Positions 23,566 through 34,991 of a stretch of DNA of 64,000 bases are shown piece after piece; position 1 is the stretch's first letter; each line of letters begins with the position of its first letter. Where the stretch lies: assembly GCF_057098645.1 (NCBI RefSeq), contig NZ_CM169472.1. One strand, 5' to 3'. The notes below the pieces were generated by a model. That model did no database searches. It was not told the origin of the DNA and saw only the letters and a program-made list of their open reading frames with translations. The translations under genes were made by a program, and so were the position numbers.

Positions 23566-23706
23566 CTGGCACTCCGTTAACCTACTGAATACATTTAATT
23601 AACATTATATTGATAAATAATACAAATGAATGAGTCACAAATTTAAAATTAACAAATCATTTTTTGCCCTTAATGATGTTGAAAAGGACAACTGGAGGGC
23701 AACTGT

Positions 23707-24414
23707 ATGGCTGGGTTGGATAAACGGGTCGCTACGTATCACGAGGCACTTGAAGGACTTACCAATGAGATGACGATTCTGGCAGGAGGTTTTGGCCTGT
23801 GCGGCATCCCGGAGAATCTGATTGCTGAAGTTCGCCACCGTGGAGTAACCGGATTAACGGTGGTTTCCAATAACTGTGGCGTAGATGGTTTTGGACTGGG
23901 TGTACTACTGGAAAGCCGACAGATCCGTAAAGTCGTCGCTTCTTATGTTGGCGAGAATGCTTTGTTTGAAAAACAGGTGCTTAACGGCGAACTGGAGGCG
24001 ATTCTCACACCACAAGGAACCCTGGCAGAACAACTGCGCGCAGGCGGCGCGGGTATCCCGGCGTTCTTTACTGCCACCGGTTACGGTACTCCCGTTGCCG
24101 AAGGGAAAGAAGTCCGCGAATTCAACGGTCGCCCGTACATCATGGAACAGGCTATCACCGGTGATTTTGCCCTGGTCAAAGGCTGGAAAGCCGACTGGTA
24201 CGGCAACGTGATTTATCGTCATACCGCGCAAAACTTCAACCCACTGATGGCGGCTGCCGGAAAAATCACCGTGGTGGAAGTGGAAGAAATAGTGCCACCT
24301 GGTGAACTTGATCCTGCCGCTATCCATACCCCGGGGATTTTTGTTAATCGCGTCATTCAGGGGCAATTTGAAAAACGCATTGAACAACGCACCCTTAGCC
24401 GCAAAGGAGCCTGA
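23707..24414 (+). CDS. 3-oxoacid (acetoacetate) CoA-transferase subunit A
   Basis: 235 aa AtoD/ScoA-like sequence. Confidence 0.85.
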   Translation: MAGLDKRVATYHEALEGLTNEMTILAGGFGLCGIPENLIAEVRHRGVTGLTVVSNNCGVDGFGLGVLLESRQIRKVVASYVGENALFEKQVLNGELEAILTPQGTLAEQLRAGGAGIPAFFTATGYGTPVAEGKEVREFNGRPYIMEQAITGDFALVKGWKADWYGNVIYRHTAQNFNPLMAAAGKITVVEVEEIVPPGELDPAAIHTPGIFVNRVIQGQFEKRIEQRTLSRKGA

Positions 24415-24416
24415 CC

Positions 24417-25073
24417 ATGTTAACCCGTGAACAAATGGCGATGCGAGTCGCCCGCGAATTGCGCGATGGCTATTACGTCAATCTCGGCATTGGTATCCCG
24501 ACCCTGGTGGCAAACTACATTCCTGACGGGATGGATGTGATGTTGCAGTCAGAAAACGGTTTGCTGGGAATGGGCGCATTTCCTACGGAAGACGAACTGG
24601 ACGCCGACATGATTAATGCCGGTAAACAAACCGTTACCGCGCGGAAAGGCGCGGCAATTTTCGATTCGGCGCAATCATTCGCCATGATCCGTGGCGGTCA
24701 TGTGGATCTGACTGTACTTGGCGCATTTGAAGTGGATGTGAATGGCAACATTGCCTCATGGATGATCCCCGGCAAGATGGTTAAAGGCATGGGCGGTGCC
24801 ATGGATCTGGTTGCCGGTGCCGAGAATATTATTGTGGTAATGACCCACGCCTCCAAATCCGGCGAATCCAAACTGCTTCCTGACTGTACCCTTCCGTTGA
24901 CCGGCGCCGGATGCATCAAACGCGTCTTAACCGACCTTGCTCTGCTGGAAATTGCTGACGGAGCTTTCATTCTGCGCGAGCGCGCGCCGGGAATCAGCGT
25001 TGCGGAAATCATCGCCAAAACCGCCGGTAAGTTGTTTGTGCCGGAACATGTCCCGGAAATGCAATTCAACTGA
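24417..25073 (+). CDS. 3-oxoacid (acetoacetate) CoA-transferase subunit B
   Basis: 218 aa AtoA/ScoB-like; conserved SENG glutamate motif. Confidence 0.85.
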   Translation: MLTREQMAMRVARELRDGYYVNLGIGIPTLVANYIPDGMDVMLQSENGLLGMGAFPTEDELDADMINAGKQTVTARKGAAIFDSAQSFAMIRGGHVDLTVLGAFEVDVNGNIASWMIPGKMVKGMGGAMDLVAGAENIIVVMTHASKSGESKLLPDCTLPLTGAGCIKRVLTDLALLEIADGAFILRERAPGISVAEIIAKTAGKLFVPEHVPEMQFN

Positions 25074-25082
25074 GGAATCACC

Positions 25083-26288
25083 ATGCAGGACGTTGTTATT
25101 GTTGCCGCTACGCGCACACCGATTGGCTGTTTTCATGGCGCTCTCGCCCCACTTTCTGCGGTTGATCTCGGTGCTGCCACCATCCGTTCGTTGCTGGAGA
25201 AAACCGCACTTGCAGCAGAACAGATCGACGAAGTGATTTTTGGTCAGGTCCTGACCGCCGGAAGCGGACAAAACCCGGCACGACAATCGGCGCTCAAAGC
25301 CGGGTTAAGCCACAATACACCCGCCGTTACCATCAACCTGGTATGTGGTTCCGGTCTGAAAGCCGTACACCAGGCAGTGCAGGCGATCCGTTGCGGTGAT
25401 GCACAGATAATTATCGCAGGTGGCCAGGAAAGCATGAGCAACGCGCCCTATTTTATTGATGGCGCGCGGGCAGGTTTACGCCTCGGGCATACCAGCATGA
25501 AAGACAGCGTGGTTCATGACGGACTATGGGATGCTTTCAATGATTACCACATGGGCATTACTGCAGAAAACCTGGCGCAAAAATATGCCATCAGTCGCGA
25601 GCGACAGGACACATTCGCGCTACGTTCTCAGCAAAAAGCCGCTGCCGCAATGGAAGCCGGGCGCTTTGCAGACGAAATTACTCCGGTGAGCGTACCACAA
25701 GGTAAAAAACCACCACGCTGGGTAAATACCGACGAACAACCACGTTCCGGGACGCAACTGGAAAAACTAGCGCAACTGAAACCGGCCTTTCTTCCGGGGG
25801 CGGGAAGCGTCACCGCAGGAAATGCCTCTTCCATTAATGATGGTGCCGCCGCAGTCATGTTAATGCGCGCCAGCAAAGCTGCTGAACTGGGCCTCCCAGT
25901 GCTGGCTCGGGTGGCAGGTTATGCCGTTTCTGGCGTCGATCCTGCCTTTATGGGCATTGGTCCGGTCGCCGCTACCCGCGAATGTCTTAAGCGTTGCGGA
26001 TGGACGCTGGAAGATATTGATCTTATTGAAGCCAACGAGGCTTTCGCAGCGCAGGCGCTGGCCGTTGGCGACGAACTGAACTGGGATTGCGACAAAGTGA
26101 ATGTTAACGGCGGCGCAATCGCACTTGGGCATCCTATTGGCGCTTCCGGTTGCCGCATTCTGGTCACTCTCATTTATGAAATGGCGCGACGTAATGCGCA
26201 AAAAGGGCTGGCGACGCTGTGCGTCGGTGGCGGTCAGGGCGTGGCGCTGACACTGGAAAGAACCACAGAAGAACACCATGCAAACTGA
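25083..26288 (+). CDS. Acetyl-CoA C-acetyltransferase (thiolase II)
   Basis: 401 aa; typical thiolase motifs including C-terminal GGGQG. Confidence 0.9.
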   Translation: MQDVVIVAATRTPIGCFHGALAPLSAVDLGAATIRSLLEKTALAAEQIDEVIFGQVLTAGSGQNPARQSALKAGLSHNTPAVTINLVCGSGLKAVHQAVQAIRCGDAQIIIAGGQESMSNAPYFIDGARAGLRLGHTSMKDSVVHDGLWDAFNDYHMGITAENLAQKYAISRERQDTFALRSQQKAAAAMEAGRFADEITPVSVPQGKKPPRWVNTDEQPRSGTQLEKLAQLKPAFLPGAGSVTAGNASSINDGAAAVMLMRASKAAELGLPVLARVAGYAVSGVDPAFMGIGPVAATRECLKRCGWTLEDIDLIEANEAFAAQALAVGDELNWDCDKVNVNGGAIALGHPIGASGCRILVTLIYEMARRNAQKGLATLCVGGGQGVALTLERTTEEHHAN

Positions 26289-27201
26289 ACAATTTGCGGT
26301 ACTGGGCGCCGGATTGATGGGCGTGGGGATTGCCACTCATTTCGCCCGCTTTGGTCATGATATCTGGCTGTACGATACCGAGCAGAGCCGGATTGCAGAA
26401 ATCCACGTAGTTGCAGGCGGAATTCTTGATGAGCTGATTAGCTGCGAACAGTTTACTGCCCCGGAAAAAGAGAATGTGCTTAAACGTCTGCACGGCACGA
26501 CTTCTCTTGCAGACATCGCCGACTCGCAACTACTGATTGAGGCGATCCCGGAGCGACTTGAACTAAAACACGCATTATATACCGAGCTTGAAACGCTTAT
26601 TTCTCCTGAGGCCATTGTCGCCAGCAATACCAGCGGTCTGCCGCCCGATGATCTGGCCGCGAAAATGCGCTACCCGCAACGACTGCTGATCGCCCATTTC
26701 TGGCATCCGCCGCACTTCATTCCACTTGTGGAGATTATCCCCGGCAGCGTTACCGAGCCAAAGCATTTGCACTGGCTGCAACACTTGCTTGTGTCACTGC
26801 AACTGGAAGCAGTGTTGCTGGATCGCGCTGCGCCAGGATTTGTCGGCAACCGTCTGCAATTTGCACTGTTGCGTGAAGCCCTGCATATCGTAAAAAGCGG
26901 CATCGCCAGTGCAGAAGTGGTGGATCAGGTGATGCGCGCCTCGCTTGGGCGACGTTATGCCATGGTCGGCCCGCTGGAGGCCGCCGACATGACCGGACTT
27001 TCGACGGTGCAGGATATTTGTCGCCATCTGCTCCCTGAACTAGCGACTGGCAGCGACATGATGTCATTAGTTGCCGAAAAAGTGGAACGTGGAGACATCG
27101 GCGTACGTAGCGGTCAGGGATTTTACTGCTGGGATGAATCGCGGAAGCAGTACATCCAGCAGAGTCGGGAACATCAACTTCGCTTCGCCCTTAAACCATA
27201 A
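26278..27201 (+). CDS. NAD-dependent 3-hydroxyacyl-CoA dehydrogenase family protein
   Basis: 307 aa; Rossmann motif [12 protein letters not shown] at N-terminus. Confidence 0.75.
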   Translation: MQTEQFAVLGAGLMGVGIATHFARFGHDIWLYDTEQSRIAEIHVVAGGILDELISCEQFTAPEKENVLKRLHGTTSLADIADSQLLIEAIPERLELKHALYTELETLISPEAIVASNTSGLPPDDLAAKMRYPQRLLIAHFWHPPHFIPLVEIIPGSVTEPKHLHWLQHLLVSLQLEAVLLDRAAPGFVGNRLQFALLREALHIVKSGIASAEVVDQVMRASLGRRYAMVGPLEAADMTGLSTVQDICRHLLPELATGSDMMSLVAEKVERGDIGVRSGQGFYCWDESRKQYIQQSREHQLRFALKP

Positions 27202-27246
27202 CTTCTCTCGCTGTACCCACTATAACAACGATATTGAGGAGTCCCG

Positions 27247-28638
27247 ATGAGTGTATTAATCGCCCTTGCCGCGCTTGGGCTGCTAATGCTGGCAGCCTAT
27301 CGCGGATACAGCGTTATCCTTTTTGCCCCCATCGCAGCATTAGGCGCTGTTCTTGTCACCGATCCGGGGGCCGTTGGCCCAGCATTTACCGGCCTGTTCA
27401 TGGAAAAAATGGTCGGCTTCGTGAAATTGTACTTCCCGGTGTTTCTGCTCGGGGCCGTGTTCGGAAAACTGATTGAACTTTCAGGATTTTCTCGTTCGAT
27501 TGTCGCTGCTGCAATCAACATTCTCGGCCGGCGGCATGCGATTCCGGTGATTGTGCTGGTATGTGCATTACTCACCTATGGCGGAGTGTCGCTGTTTGTG
27601 GTGGCATTTGCCGTTTATCCGTTCGCGGCTGAACTGTTCCGCCAGAGTAACATCCCAAAACGACTTATACCGGCAACGGTGGCCCTGGGGGCATTCTCTT
27701 TTACTATGGACGCTCTGCCCGGCACGCCACAAATTCAGAACATTATTCCTACCAGTTTCTTTGGCACCAACGCCTGGGCCGCGCCGTGGCTGGGGCTTAT
27801 TGGTTCACTGTTTATCATTGCCGTCGGGCTTATCTATCTGGAGCGGCAGCGTCGTAAAGCGCAGGCAAAAAATGAAGGTTACGGCACAGAGTTACTTAAT
27901 GAACCTGAAACACCAGATAACATCAATTTACCGAACCCACTCATTGCGATTTCACCATTGATTCTGGTGGGGCTGTTGAACTTGTTGTTTACCTGGTGGA
28001 TCCCTGTTTGGTACGGTGCGAGCCACCAACTGGAGTTGCCGGGACTTGCCGCCCCGATTACCACAGATGTCGCCAAAATCACCGCAATCTGGGCCGTCGA
28101 AGCTGCGCTCATTGCCGGAATTTTGCTGGTAGTGATTTTTGGATATCGCAATATTCATGGAAGACTGGCAGAAGGAAGCCGTACAGCGGTGGGCGGCGCA
28201 ATTCTGGCTGCGATGAACACCGCCTCAGAATATGGCTTCGGTGCGGTTATCGCCGCCCTACCCGGTTTTCTGGTGCTCTCAAAGGCGCTGGCCGCCATTC
28301 CTGATCCATTACTCAACGAAGCCATCAGCATCACCACACTTGCCGGAATTACCGGTTCAGCGTCCGGCGGGATGAGTATTGCTCTTGCGGCTATGTCCGA
28401 CACTTTTATTGCCGCTGCGCACGCTGCCAATATTCCACTGGAAGTTTTTCACCGCGTGGCATCTATGGCCAGTGGCGGCATGGATACATTGCCCCATAAC
28501 GGCGCTGTGATCACCCTGCTGGCAATTACTGGGCTGAGTCACCGTCAGGCTTACGGCGGCATCTTCGCAATTACGATCATTAAAAGTCTGGCCGTGCTGT
28601 TTATCATCGGCGTGTACTACACCACCGGCATTGTCTAA
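27247..28638 (+). CDS. Polytopic permease, GntP-like (candidate 3-hydroxybutyrate/acetoacetate transporter)
   Basis: 463 aa hydrophobic protein; substrate inferred from operon context only. Confidence 0.6.
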   Translation: MSVLIALAALGLLMLAAYRGYSVILFAPIAALGAVLVTDPGAVGPAFTGLFMEKMVGFVKLYFPVFLLGAVFGKLIELSGFSRSIVAAAINILGRRHAIPVIVLVCALLTYGGVSLFVVAFAVYPFAAELFRQSNIPKRLIPATVALGAFSFTMDALPGTPQIQNIIPTSFFGTNAWAAPWLGLIGSLFIIAVGLIYLERQRRKAQAKNEGYGTELLNEPETPDNINLPNPLIAISPLILVGLLNLLFTWWIPVWYGASHQLELPGLAAPITTDVAKITAIWAVEAALIAGILLVVIFGYRNIHGRLAEGSRTAVGGAILAAMNTASEYGFGAVIAALPGFLVLSKALAAIPDPLLNEAISITTLAGITGSASGGMSIALAAMSDTFIAAAHAANIPLEVFHRVASMASGGMDTLPHNGAVITLLAITGLSHRQAYGGIFAITIIKSLAVLFIIGVYYTTGIV

Positions 28639-28649
28639 GGAAAATCATC

Positions 28650-29420
28650 ATGAATTTACAAGGTAAAACTGCGCTGGTGACGGGGTCCACCAGCGGTATC
28701 GGACTCGGTATTGCTCAGACACTGGCAAACGCTGGCGCGCAAGTGATCCTCAACGGCTTCGGTGATGTTGACGCGGCAATCAATGCGGTTTCTCGTATGG
28801 GTAAAACGCCTGGCTATCATGAGGCAGACCTCAGCGATGAATCGCAAATTATCAACATGGTGGCCTACGCACGGCGGGAATTTGGCGGTGTGGACATTCT
28901 GGTGAATAACGCCGGGATCCAGTATGTCTCCCCGGTTGAATCTTTCCCTGTAGAAAAATGGAACGCCATTATCGCTATCAATCTCTCTTCTGTCTTTCAC
29001 ACCACGCGTCTGGCACTGCCAGAAATGCGCACTCGTAACTGGGGTCGGATCATTAACATTGCCTCTGTGCATGGGCTGGTAGCGTCGAAAGACAAATCAG
29101 CTTATGTTGCGGCAAAACATGGCGTGGTGGGACTCACAAAGACCATTGCTCTGGAAACTGCGCAGACGGGTATTACCTGCAACGCGCTCTGCCCTGGCTG
29201 GGTGCTGACGCCGCTGGTACAACAGCAGATTGATAAGCGCATTGCGCAAGGCGAAGATGCGGAAAGCGCGCGTGACGCCTTACTGGCAGAAAAACAGCCT
29301 TCTCGTGAATTTGTGACTCCGCAACAACTGGGTGAACTGGCGCTGTTTCTCTGTTCGGATGCGGCAGCACAAGTGCGTGGGGTGGCGTGGAATATGGATG
29401 GCGGTTGGGTAGCGCAGTAA
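28650..29420 (+). CDS. Short-chain dehydrogenase, 3-hydroxybutyrate dehydrogenase-like
   Basis: 256 aa SDR; TGSTSGIG cofactor motif and YVAAKHG catalytic motif. Confidence 0.8.
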   Translation: MNLQGKTALVTGSTSGIGLGIAQTLANAGAQVILNGFGDVDAAINAVSRMGKTPGYHEADLSDESQIINMVAYARREFGGVDILVNNAGIQYVSPVESFPVEKWNAIIAINLSSVFHTTRLALPEMRTRNWGRIINIASVHGLVASKDKSAYVAAKHGVVGLTKTIALETAQTGITCNALCPGWVLTPLVQQQIDKRIAQGEDAESARDALLAEKQPSREFVTPQQLGELALFLCSDAAAQVRGVAWNMDGGWVAQ

Positions 29421-29426
29421 GTGTTC

Positions 29427-29448
29427 GCCGGATGACGCGTCATCCGGC
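29427..29448. repeat. Perfect 22-bp palindrome GCCGGATGACGCGTCATCCGGC between convergent SDR gene and osmC (REP-like, possible bidirectional terminator)
   Basis: Seen in sequence; a related half-motif GCGGCATCCGGC occurs at 22641-22652, the other edge of the catabolic insertion. Confidence 0.5.
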
Positions 29449-29454
29449 AATGCT

Positions 29455-29886
29455 TTACGATTTCAACTGGTAATCCAGCGTAATTTCCGCTTTCAGTACC
29501 TGAGAGACCGGGCATCCTGCTTTTGCTTTCTGGATGATGCCGTCAAAGGTAGAGGCATCAATACCCGGCACCGCAACTTCACTCTTCAGGGCGATTTTCG
29601 TAATCGCAAAACCGGCATCCACTTTATCCAGCGACACATCGGCGGTGGTATCAATCGATGTTGGCGTGAATCCCGCTTCCCCCAGCATTAATGAAAGCGC
29701 CATTGAGAAACATGCGGCATGCGCTGCGCCAATCAGTTCCTCAGGGTTGGTTCCTTTTTCGCCTTCAAAACGCGTGTTAAATCCATACGGCTGTTGGTTC
29801 AGCACGCCACTCTCGGTGGATACTGTTCCCTTCCCGCGTTTGATATCGCCTTCCCAGTGTGCCTGACCTTTCTTATGGATTGTCAT
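29455..29886 (-). CDS. osmC: Osmotically inducible peroxiredoxin OsmC
   Basis: 143 aa, recognised sequence. Confidence 0.95.
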   Translation of the reverse strand: MTIHKKGQAHWEGDIKRGKGTVSTESGVLNQQPYGFNTRFEGEKGTNPEELIGAAHAACFSMALSLMLGEAGFTPTSIDTTADVSLDKVDAGFAITKIALKSEVAVPGIDASTFDGIIQKAKAGCPVSQVLKAEITLDYQLKS

Positions 29887-30231
29887 TGTTGCTCTCCTGT
29901 GGGCTTAAAAAGGAAATTATAGACTACGTGAGAAACAGCACGAGGATAAGCAGGATATTCCGAATAAAATCCGGCAGAAAATATTACTTCTGCACTTAAA
30001 TTAAATTCCCACAATTGATAACGGGGAATATATAACCCAAAAGATATTGCATCAATATTAATCGAATAGTCCCAATCACAATCCCTATGAATATCATGGT
30101 GTTAAAATATAAAAATCATCAACCAGGACTAATCTTAACAACGAAGCGGCAAATATTTGCCATGCTGAATATGCTTTATAAATCTGCGATCCGTAGCAGA
30201 CACCATAAATACACAGACACGGAGAATCACT

Positions 30232-30447
30232 ATGTTTACTTATTATCAGGCAGAAAATTCAACAGCAGAACCCGCTCTGGTTAATGCCATTGAGCAAGGC
30301 CTTCGGGCAGAGCACGGTGTTGTCACTGAAGATGACATTCTCATGGAGCTGACCAAATGGGTGGAAGCTTCTGATAACGACATCCTCAGTGATATCTACC
30401 AACAAACGATCAATTATGTGGTCAGTGGCCAGCACCCTACGCTTTAA
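30232..30447 (+). CDS. bdm: Biofilm-dependent modulation protein
   Basis: 71 aa (MFTYYQAENSTAEPALVNAIEQG...). Confidence 0.9.
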   Translation: MFTYYQAENSTAEPALVNAIEQGLRAEHGVVTEDDILMELTKWVEASDNDILSDIYQQTINYVVSGQHPTL

Positions 30448-30548
30448 GGTGCTATGCTTGATCGGCAACCTAATTTAGGGGTTTAGCACGTGTTTCTTCG
30501 CTACGGCGATGTTGTCCTTAAAACTAGCAACAGGATTGAGGAGTTAAA

Positions 30549-30686
30549 ATGAAATCGAACCGTCAGGCACGTCATATTCTTGGACTGGACCATAAAATTT
30601 CTAACCAGCGCAAAATAGTTACCGAAGGTGACAAATCCAGCGTGGTAAATAACCCAACCGGCAGAAAACGCCCCGCTGAAAAGTAA
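30549..30686 (+). CDS. sra: Stationary-phase ribosome-associated protein Sra
   Basis: 45 aa ([45 protein letters not shown]) with Shine-Dalgarno GAGGAG; below the ORF track size cutoff, found by reading the sequence. Confidence 0.85.
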
Positions 30687-30715
30687 TTCATAACCATTAG
30701 TCCTCAATGACGATT

Positions 30716-30750
30716 AAACACCATTGCCTGCGCAATGGTGTTTTTGTTTT
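30716..30750 (+). terminator. Rho-independent terminator after sra
   Basis: CACCATTGC-CTGC-GCAATGGTG followed by TTTTTGTTTTT. Confidence 0.6.
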
Positions 30751-30841
30751 TATCTGCTTTATACTTGGGGCCGACGCCCTGGCGGTAAAGCAAAGACGAT
30801 AAAAGCCCCCAGGGATGGATATTCAAAAAAGAGTGAGTGAC

Positions 30842-32539
30842 ATGGAACCAAAAACAAAAAAACAGCGTTCGCTTTATATCCCTTACGCTGGCCCTGTACT
30901 GCTGGAATTTCCGTTGTTGAATAAAGGCAGTGCCTTCAGCATGGAAGAACGCCGTAACTTCAACCTGCTGGGGTTACTGCCGGAAGTGGTCGAAACCATC
31001 GAAGAACAAGCGGAACGAGCATGGATCCAGTATCAGGGATTCAAAACCGAAATCGACAAACACATCTACCTGCGTAACATCCAGGACACTAACGAAACCC
31101 TCTTCTACCGTCTGGTAAACAATCATCTTGATGAGATGATGCCTGTTATTTATACCCCAACCGTCGGCGCAGCCTGTGAGCGTTTTTCTGAGATCTACCG
31201 CCGTTCACGCGGCGTGTTTATCTCTTACCAGAACCGGCACAATATGGATGATATTCTGCAAAACGTACCAAACCATAATATTAAAGTGATTGTGGTGACT
31301 GACGGTGAACGTATTCTGGGGCTTGGTGACCAGGGCATCGGCGGGATGGGCATTCCGATCGGTAAACTGTCGCTCTATACCGCCTGTGGCGGCATCAGCC
31401 CGGCGTATACCCTTCCGGTGGTGCTGGATGTCGGGACGAATAACCAACAGCTGCTTAACGATCCGCTGTATATGGGCTGGCGTAATCCGCGTATCACTGA
31501 CGACGAATACTATGAATTCGTTGATGAATTTATCCAGGCTGTGAAACAACGCTGGCCAGACGTGCTGTTGCAGTTTGAAGACTTTGCTCAAAAAAATGCG
31601 ATGCCGTTACTTAACCGCTATCGCAATGAAATTTGTTCTTTTAACGATGACATTCAGGGCACTGCGGCGGTAACAGTCGGCACACTGATCGCAGCAAGCC
31701 GCGCGGCAGGTGGTCAACTGAGCGAGAAAAAAATCGTCTTCCTTGGCGCAGGTTCAGCGGGATGCGGCATTGCCGAAATGATCATCGCCCAGACCCAGCG
31801 TGAAGGATTAAGCGAGGAAGCAGCGAGGCAGAAAGTCTTTATGGTCGATCGCTTTGGCCTGCTGACTGACAAGATGCCGAACCTGCTGCCTTTCCAGACC
31901 AAACTGGTGCAGAAGCGCGAAAACCTCAGTGACTGGGATACCGACAGCGATGTGCTGTCACTGCTGGATGTGGTGCGCAATGTAAAACCAGATATTCTGA
32001 TTGGCGTCTCAGGACAGACCGGGCTGTTTACGGAAGAGATCATCCGTGAGATGCATAAACACTGTCCGCGTCCGATCGTGATGCCGCTGTCTAACCCGAC
32101 GTCACGCGTGGAAGCCACACCGCAGGACATTATCGCCTGGACCGAAGGTAACGCGCTGGTCGCCACGGGCAGCCCGTTTAATCCAGTGGTATGGAAAGAT
32201 AAAATCTACCCTATCGCCCAGTGTAACAACGCCTTTATTTTCCCAGGCATCGGCCTGGGTGTTATTGCTTCCGGCGCGTCACGTATCACCGATGAGATGC
32301 TGATGTCGGCAAGTGAAACGCTGGCGCAGTATTCACCATTAGTGCTGAACGGCGAAGGTATGGTACTGCCGGAACTGAAAGATATTCAGAAAGTCTCCCG
32401 CGCAATTGCGTTTGCGGTTGGCAAAATGGCGCAGCAGCAAGGCGTGGCGGTGAAAACCTCTGCCGAAGCCCTGCAACAGGCCATTGACGATAATTTCTGG
32501 CAAGCCGAATACCGCGACTACCGCCGTACCTCCATCTAA
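30842..32539 (+). CDS. maeA: NAD-dependent malic enzyme
   Basis: 565 aa from [23 protein letters not shown]. Confidence 0.92.
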   Translation: MEPKTKKQRSLYIPYAGPVLLEFPLLNKGSAFSMEERRNFNLLGLLPEVVETIEEQAERAWIQYQGFKTEIDKHIYLRNIQDTNETLFYRLVNNHLDEMMPVIYTPTVGAACERFSEIYRRSRGVFISYQNRHNMDDILQNVPNHNIKVIVVTDGERILGLGDQGIGGMGIPIGKLSLYTACGGISPAYTLPVVLDVGTNNQQLLNDPLYMGWRNPRITDDEYYEFVDEFIQAVKQRWPDVLLQFEDFAQKNAMPLLNRYRNEICSFNDDIQGTAAVTVGTLIAASRAAGGQLSEKKIVFLGAGSAGCGIAEMIIAQTQREGLSEEAARQKVFMVDRFGLLTDKMPNLLPFQTKLVQKRENLSDWDTDSDVLSLLDVVRNVKPDILIGVSGQTGLFTEEIIREMHKHCPRPIVMPLSNPTSRVEATPQDIIAWTEGNALVATGSPFNPVVWKDKIYPIAQCNNAFIFPGIGLGVIASGASRITDEMLMSASETLAQYSPLVLNGEGMVLPELKDIQKVSRAIAFAVGKMAQQQGVAVKTSAEALQQAIDDNFWQAEYRDYRRTSI

Positions 32540-32544
32540 GCCTG

Positions 32545-32580
32545 CGCCCGGTAGTGAAGGCTACCGGGCAATTTCCCTCT
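32545..32580 (+). terminator. Stem-loop terminator after maeA
   Basis: CGCCCGGTAG-TGAAG-GCTACCGGGC followed by a T-containing tract. Confidence 0.5.
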
Positions 32581-32672
32581 CCCTTTTTCAGATCTCATCC
32601 ATACTGGGTAGTGGCGAATAAATCTCATTTGCCTCACCTGCTATGCAGAACATCATCCGAAAAGGAGGAACT

Positions 32673-33680
32673 ATGAAGGCTGCAGTTGTTACGAAGGATC
32701 ATCATGTTGACGTTACGGATAAAACACTGCGCTCACTGAAACATGGCGAAGCCCTGCTGAAAATGGAGTGTTGTGGTGTATGTCATACCGATCTTCATGT
32801 TAAGAATGGCGATTTTGGTGACAAAACCGGCGTAATTCTGGGCCATGAAGGCATCGGTGTGGTGGCAGAAGTGGGTCCAGGTGCCTCATTAAAACTAGGC
32901 GATCGTGCCAGCGTGGCGTGGTTCTACGAAGGATGCGGTCATTGCGAATACTGTAACAGTGGTAACGAAACGCTCTGCCGTTCAGTTAAAAATGCCGGAT
33001 ACAGCGTTGATGGCGGGATGGCGGAAGAGTGCATCGTGGTCGCCGATTACGCGGTAAAAGTGCCAGATGGTCTGGACTCGGCGGCGGCCAGCAGCATTAC
33101 CTGTGCGGGGGTCACCACCTACAAAGCCGTTAAACTGTCAAAAATTCGTCCCGGTCAGTGGATTGCTATCTACGGTCTTGGCGGTCTGGGTAACCTCGCC
33201 CTGCAATACGCGAAGAATGTCTTTAACGCGAAAGTGATCGCCATTGATGTCAATGATGAGCAGTTAAAACTGGCAACCGAAATGGGCGCTGATTTAGCGA
33301 TTAACTCACGCACCGAAGACGCCGCCAAAATTGTACAGGAGAAAACTGGTGGCGCTCACGCTGCGGTGGTAACAGCAGTAGCTAAAGCTGCGTTTAACTC
33401 GGCAGTTGATGCTGTCCGTGCAGGTGGGCGTGTTGTGGCAGTCGGTCTGCCGCCGGAGTCTATGAGCCTGGATATCCCACGTCTTGTGCTGGATGGTATT
33501 GAAGTGGTCGGTTCGCTGGTCGGCACGCGCCAGGATTTAACTGAAGCCTTCCAGTTTGCCGCCGAAGGTAAAGTGGTGCCGAAAGTCGCCCTGCGTCCGT
33601 TAGCGGACATCAACACCATCTTTACCGAGATGGAAGAAGGCAAAATCCGTGGCCGTATGGTGATTGATTTCCGCCGCTAA
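32673..33680 (+). CDS. adhP: Zinc-dependent alcohol dehydrogenase (propanol-preferring)
   Basis: From [14 protein letters not shown] with Shine-Dalgarno AAGGAGG; zinc-binding CGVCHTD motif. Confidence 0.92.
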   Translation: MKAAVVTKDHHVDVTDKTLRSLKHGEALLKMECCGVCHTDLHVKNGDFGDKTGVILGHEGIGVVAEVGPGASLKLGDRASVAWFYEGCGHCEYCNSGNETLCRSVKNAGYSVDGGMAEECIVVADYAVKVPDGLDSAAASSITCAGVTTYKAVKLSKIRPGQWIAIYGLGGLGNLALQYAKNVFNAKVIAIDVNDEQLKLATEMGADLAINSRTEDAAKIVQEKTGGAHAAVVTAVAKAAFNSAVDAVRAGGRVVAVGLPPESMSLDIPRLVLDGIEVVGSLVGTRQDLTEAFQFAAEGKVVPKVALRPLADINTIFTEMEEGKIRGRMVIDFRR

Positions 33681-33825
33681 GAGGCCTTTGCTGCGACTGC
33701 CATGTTCGGGTTGCAGCATCGCACACTCTCCAACATGAAATGGCTAAATGGATTATTGTTGCGTAGGAAGGAACAATAATGATAGTGTTCCCAGAGAAGG
33801 AACGCTACTGAGAGTAAAGACACTA

Positions 33826-34110
33826 ATGAAAATGGCCAATCATCCCCGCCCGGGGGACATTATTCAGGAATCACTGGACGAACTTAATGTCAGCCTGCGC
33901 GGGTTTGCCAGAGCAATGGAAATTGCTCCCTCAACGGCAAGCCGATTGCTGACCGGAAAAGCAGCTTTGACGCCAGAAATGGCAATTAAACTTTCCGTGG
34001 TGATCGGCAGTTCGCCGCAAATGTGGCTGAATCTGCAAAACGCCTGGAGTCTGGCAGAGGCTGAAAAAACGGTGGATGTGTCGCGATTACGTCGTCTGGT
34101 TGCGCAATAA
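33826..34110 (+). CDS. yddM: HTH-type (HigA/XRE-like) putative transcriptional regulator YddM
   Basis: 94 aa from [22 protein letters not shown] track gives a longer 120 aa frame starting 33748. Confidence 0.75.
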   Translation: MKMANHPRPGDIIQESLDELNVSLRGFARAMEIAPSTASRLLTGKAALTPEMAIKLSVVIGSSPQMWLNLQNAWSLAEAEKTVDVSRLRRLVAQ

Positions 34111-34315
34111 AAAATGGCGCCTTTTACAGCGCCATTTGAAACTGATGACAAACGCAACATTGCCTGATGCGCTACGCTTATCAGGCCTACACGTTCACTG
34201 CAATCTATTGGATTTGAACGGTTTGTAGGCCGGATAAGGCGTTCACGCCGCATCCGGCATGAACAAAGCCTACGTTGTCTACAATATGAAAATGGCGCCT
34301 TTTACAGCGCCATTT
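34111..34315. repeat. BIME/REP cluster flanked by a duplicated terminator-like hairpin (AAAATGGCGCCTTTTACAGCGCCATTT at both ends)
   Basis: Two inverted REP-like motifs (GCCTGATGCGCTACGCTTATCAGGCCTAC and GTAGGCCGGATAAGGCGTTCACGCCGCATCCGGC) between two copies of the same ~27-bp hairpin. Confidence 0.6.
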
Positions 34316-34337
34316 TCAGCTTAAAGTTCAAAAGAGA

Positions 34338-34991
34338 TTATATCCCTTCTTCACTCTCTTTTTTCGCTTCTGCCTTCTCGATTTCACGATACCAGCGCGG
34401 ATGGTGTTTCTTCGCCCAGCGACGGCTCACCTTCCCTTCGATCATCCCTTTAATCGATCCTTTCACCCAGAATGCCATATACATATGGATCAGGATGGCG
34501 TGGATCAGGATGATACCCGCAGCCGCGTGGATCAGCAGGCTGTAGCGAACAACCTGCATCGGGAAGTACTGCGCAAAGTACGGACGCCAGATAATCACCC
34601 CGGTCACCAGCAGCACGAAAATCATGCTCATGATCGACCAGAACATCATCTTTTGCCCGGCGTTGTACTTACCGACATCCGCCACTTTATGCTCATTGCC
34701 TTTTAATACTTCGACAATGTTTAACAGCCACGGAATATCTTTCTTATCCGGGATGTTGTGATGCACAAAACGCACAAACATAAACATCAGTGCGACGAAA
34801 ATCGCAATGCCGAAGAATGGGTGCAAAATGCGTCCCATCTGCGGCGTACCGAAGGTTTGCGTCAGCCATTGCAGCGTCGGGAAGAAGAACGAAATCCCGG
34901 ACAGCGCCACCAGGAAGAAGCAAATCACCACGGTCCAGTGACAGGCGCGATCAATAAATTTGGTGCGCACAATCATTTTCGACTTACTCAT
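34338..34991 (-). CDS. fdnI: Formate dehydrogenase-N cytochrome b556 gamma subunit
   Basis: 217 aa from [12 protein letters not shown]; multi-pass membrane protein. Confidence 0.92.

Noticed and set aside
30087-30284. 65 aa plus-strand ORF upstream of and overlapping the bdm start
   Set aside because: In a different frame from bdm, AT-rich, and it overlaps the bdm promoter and start; no independent support.
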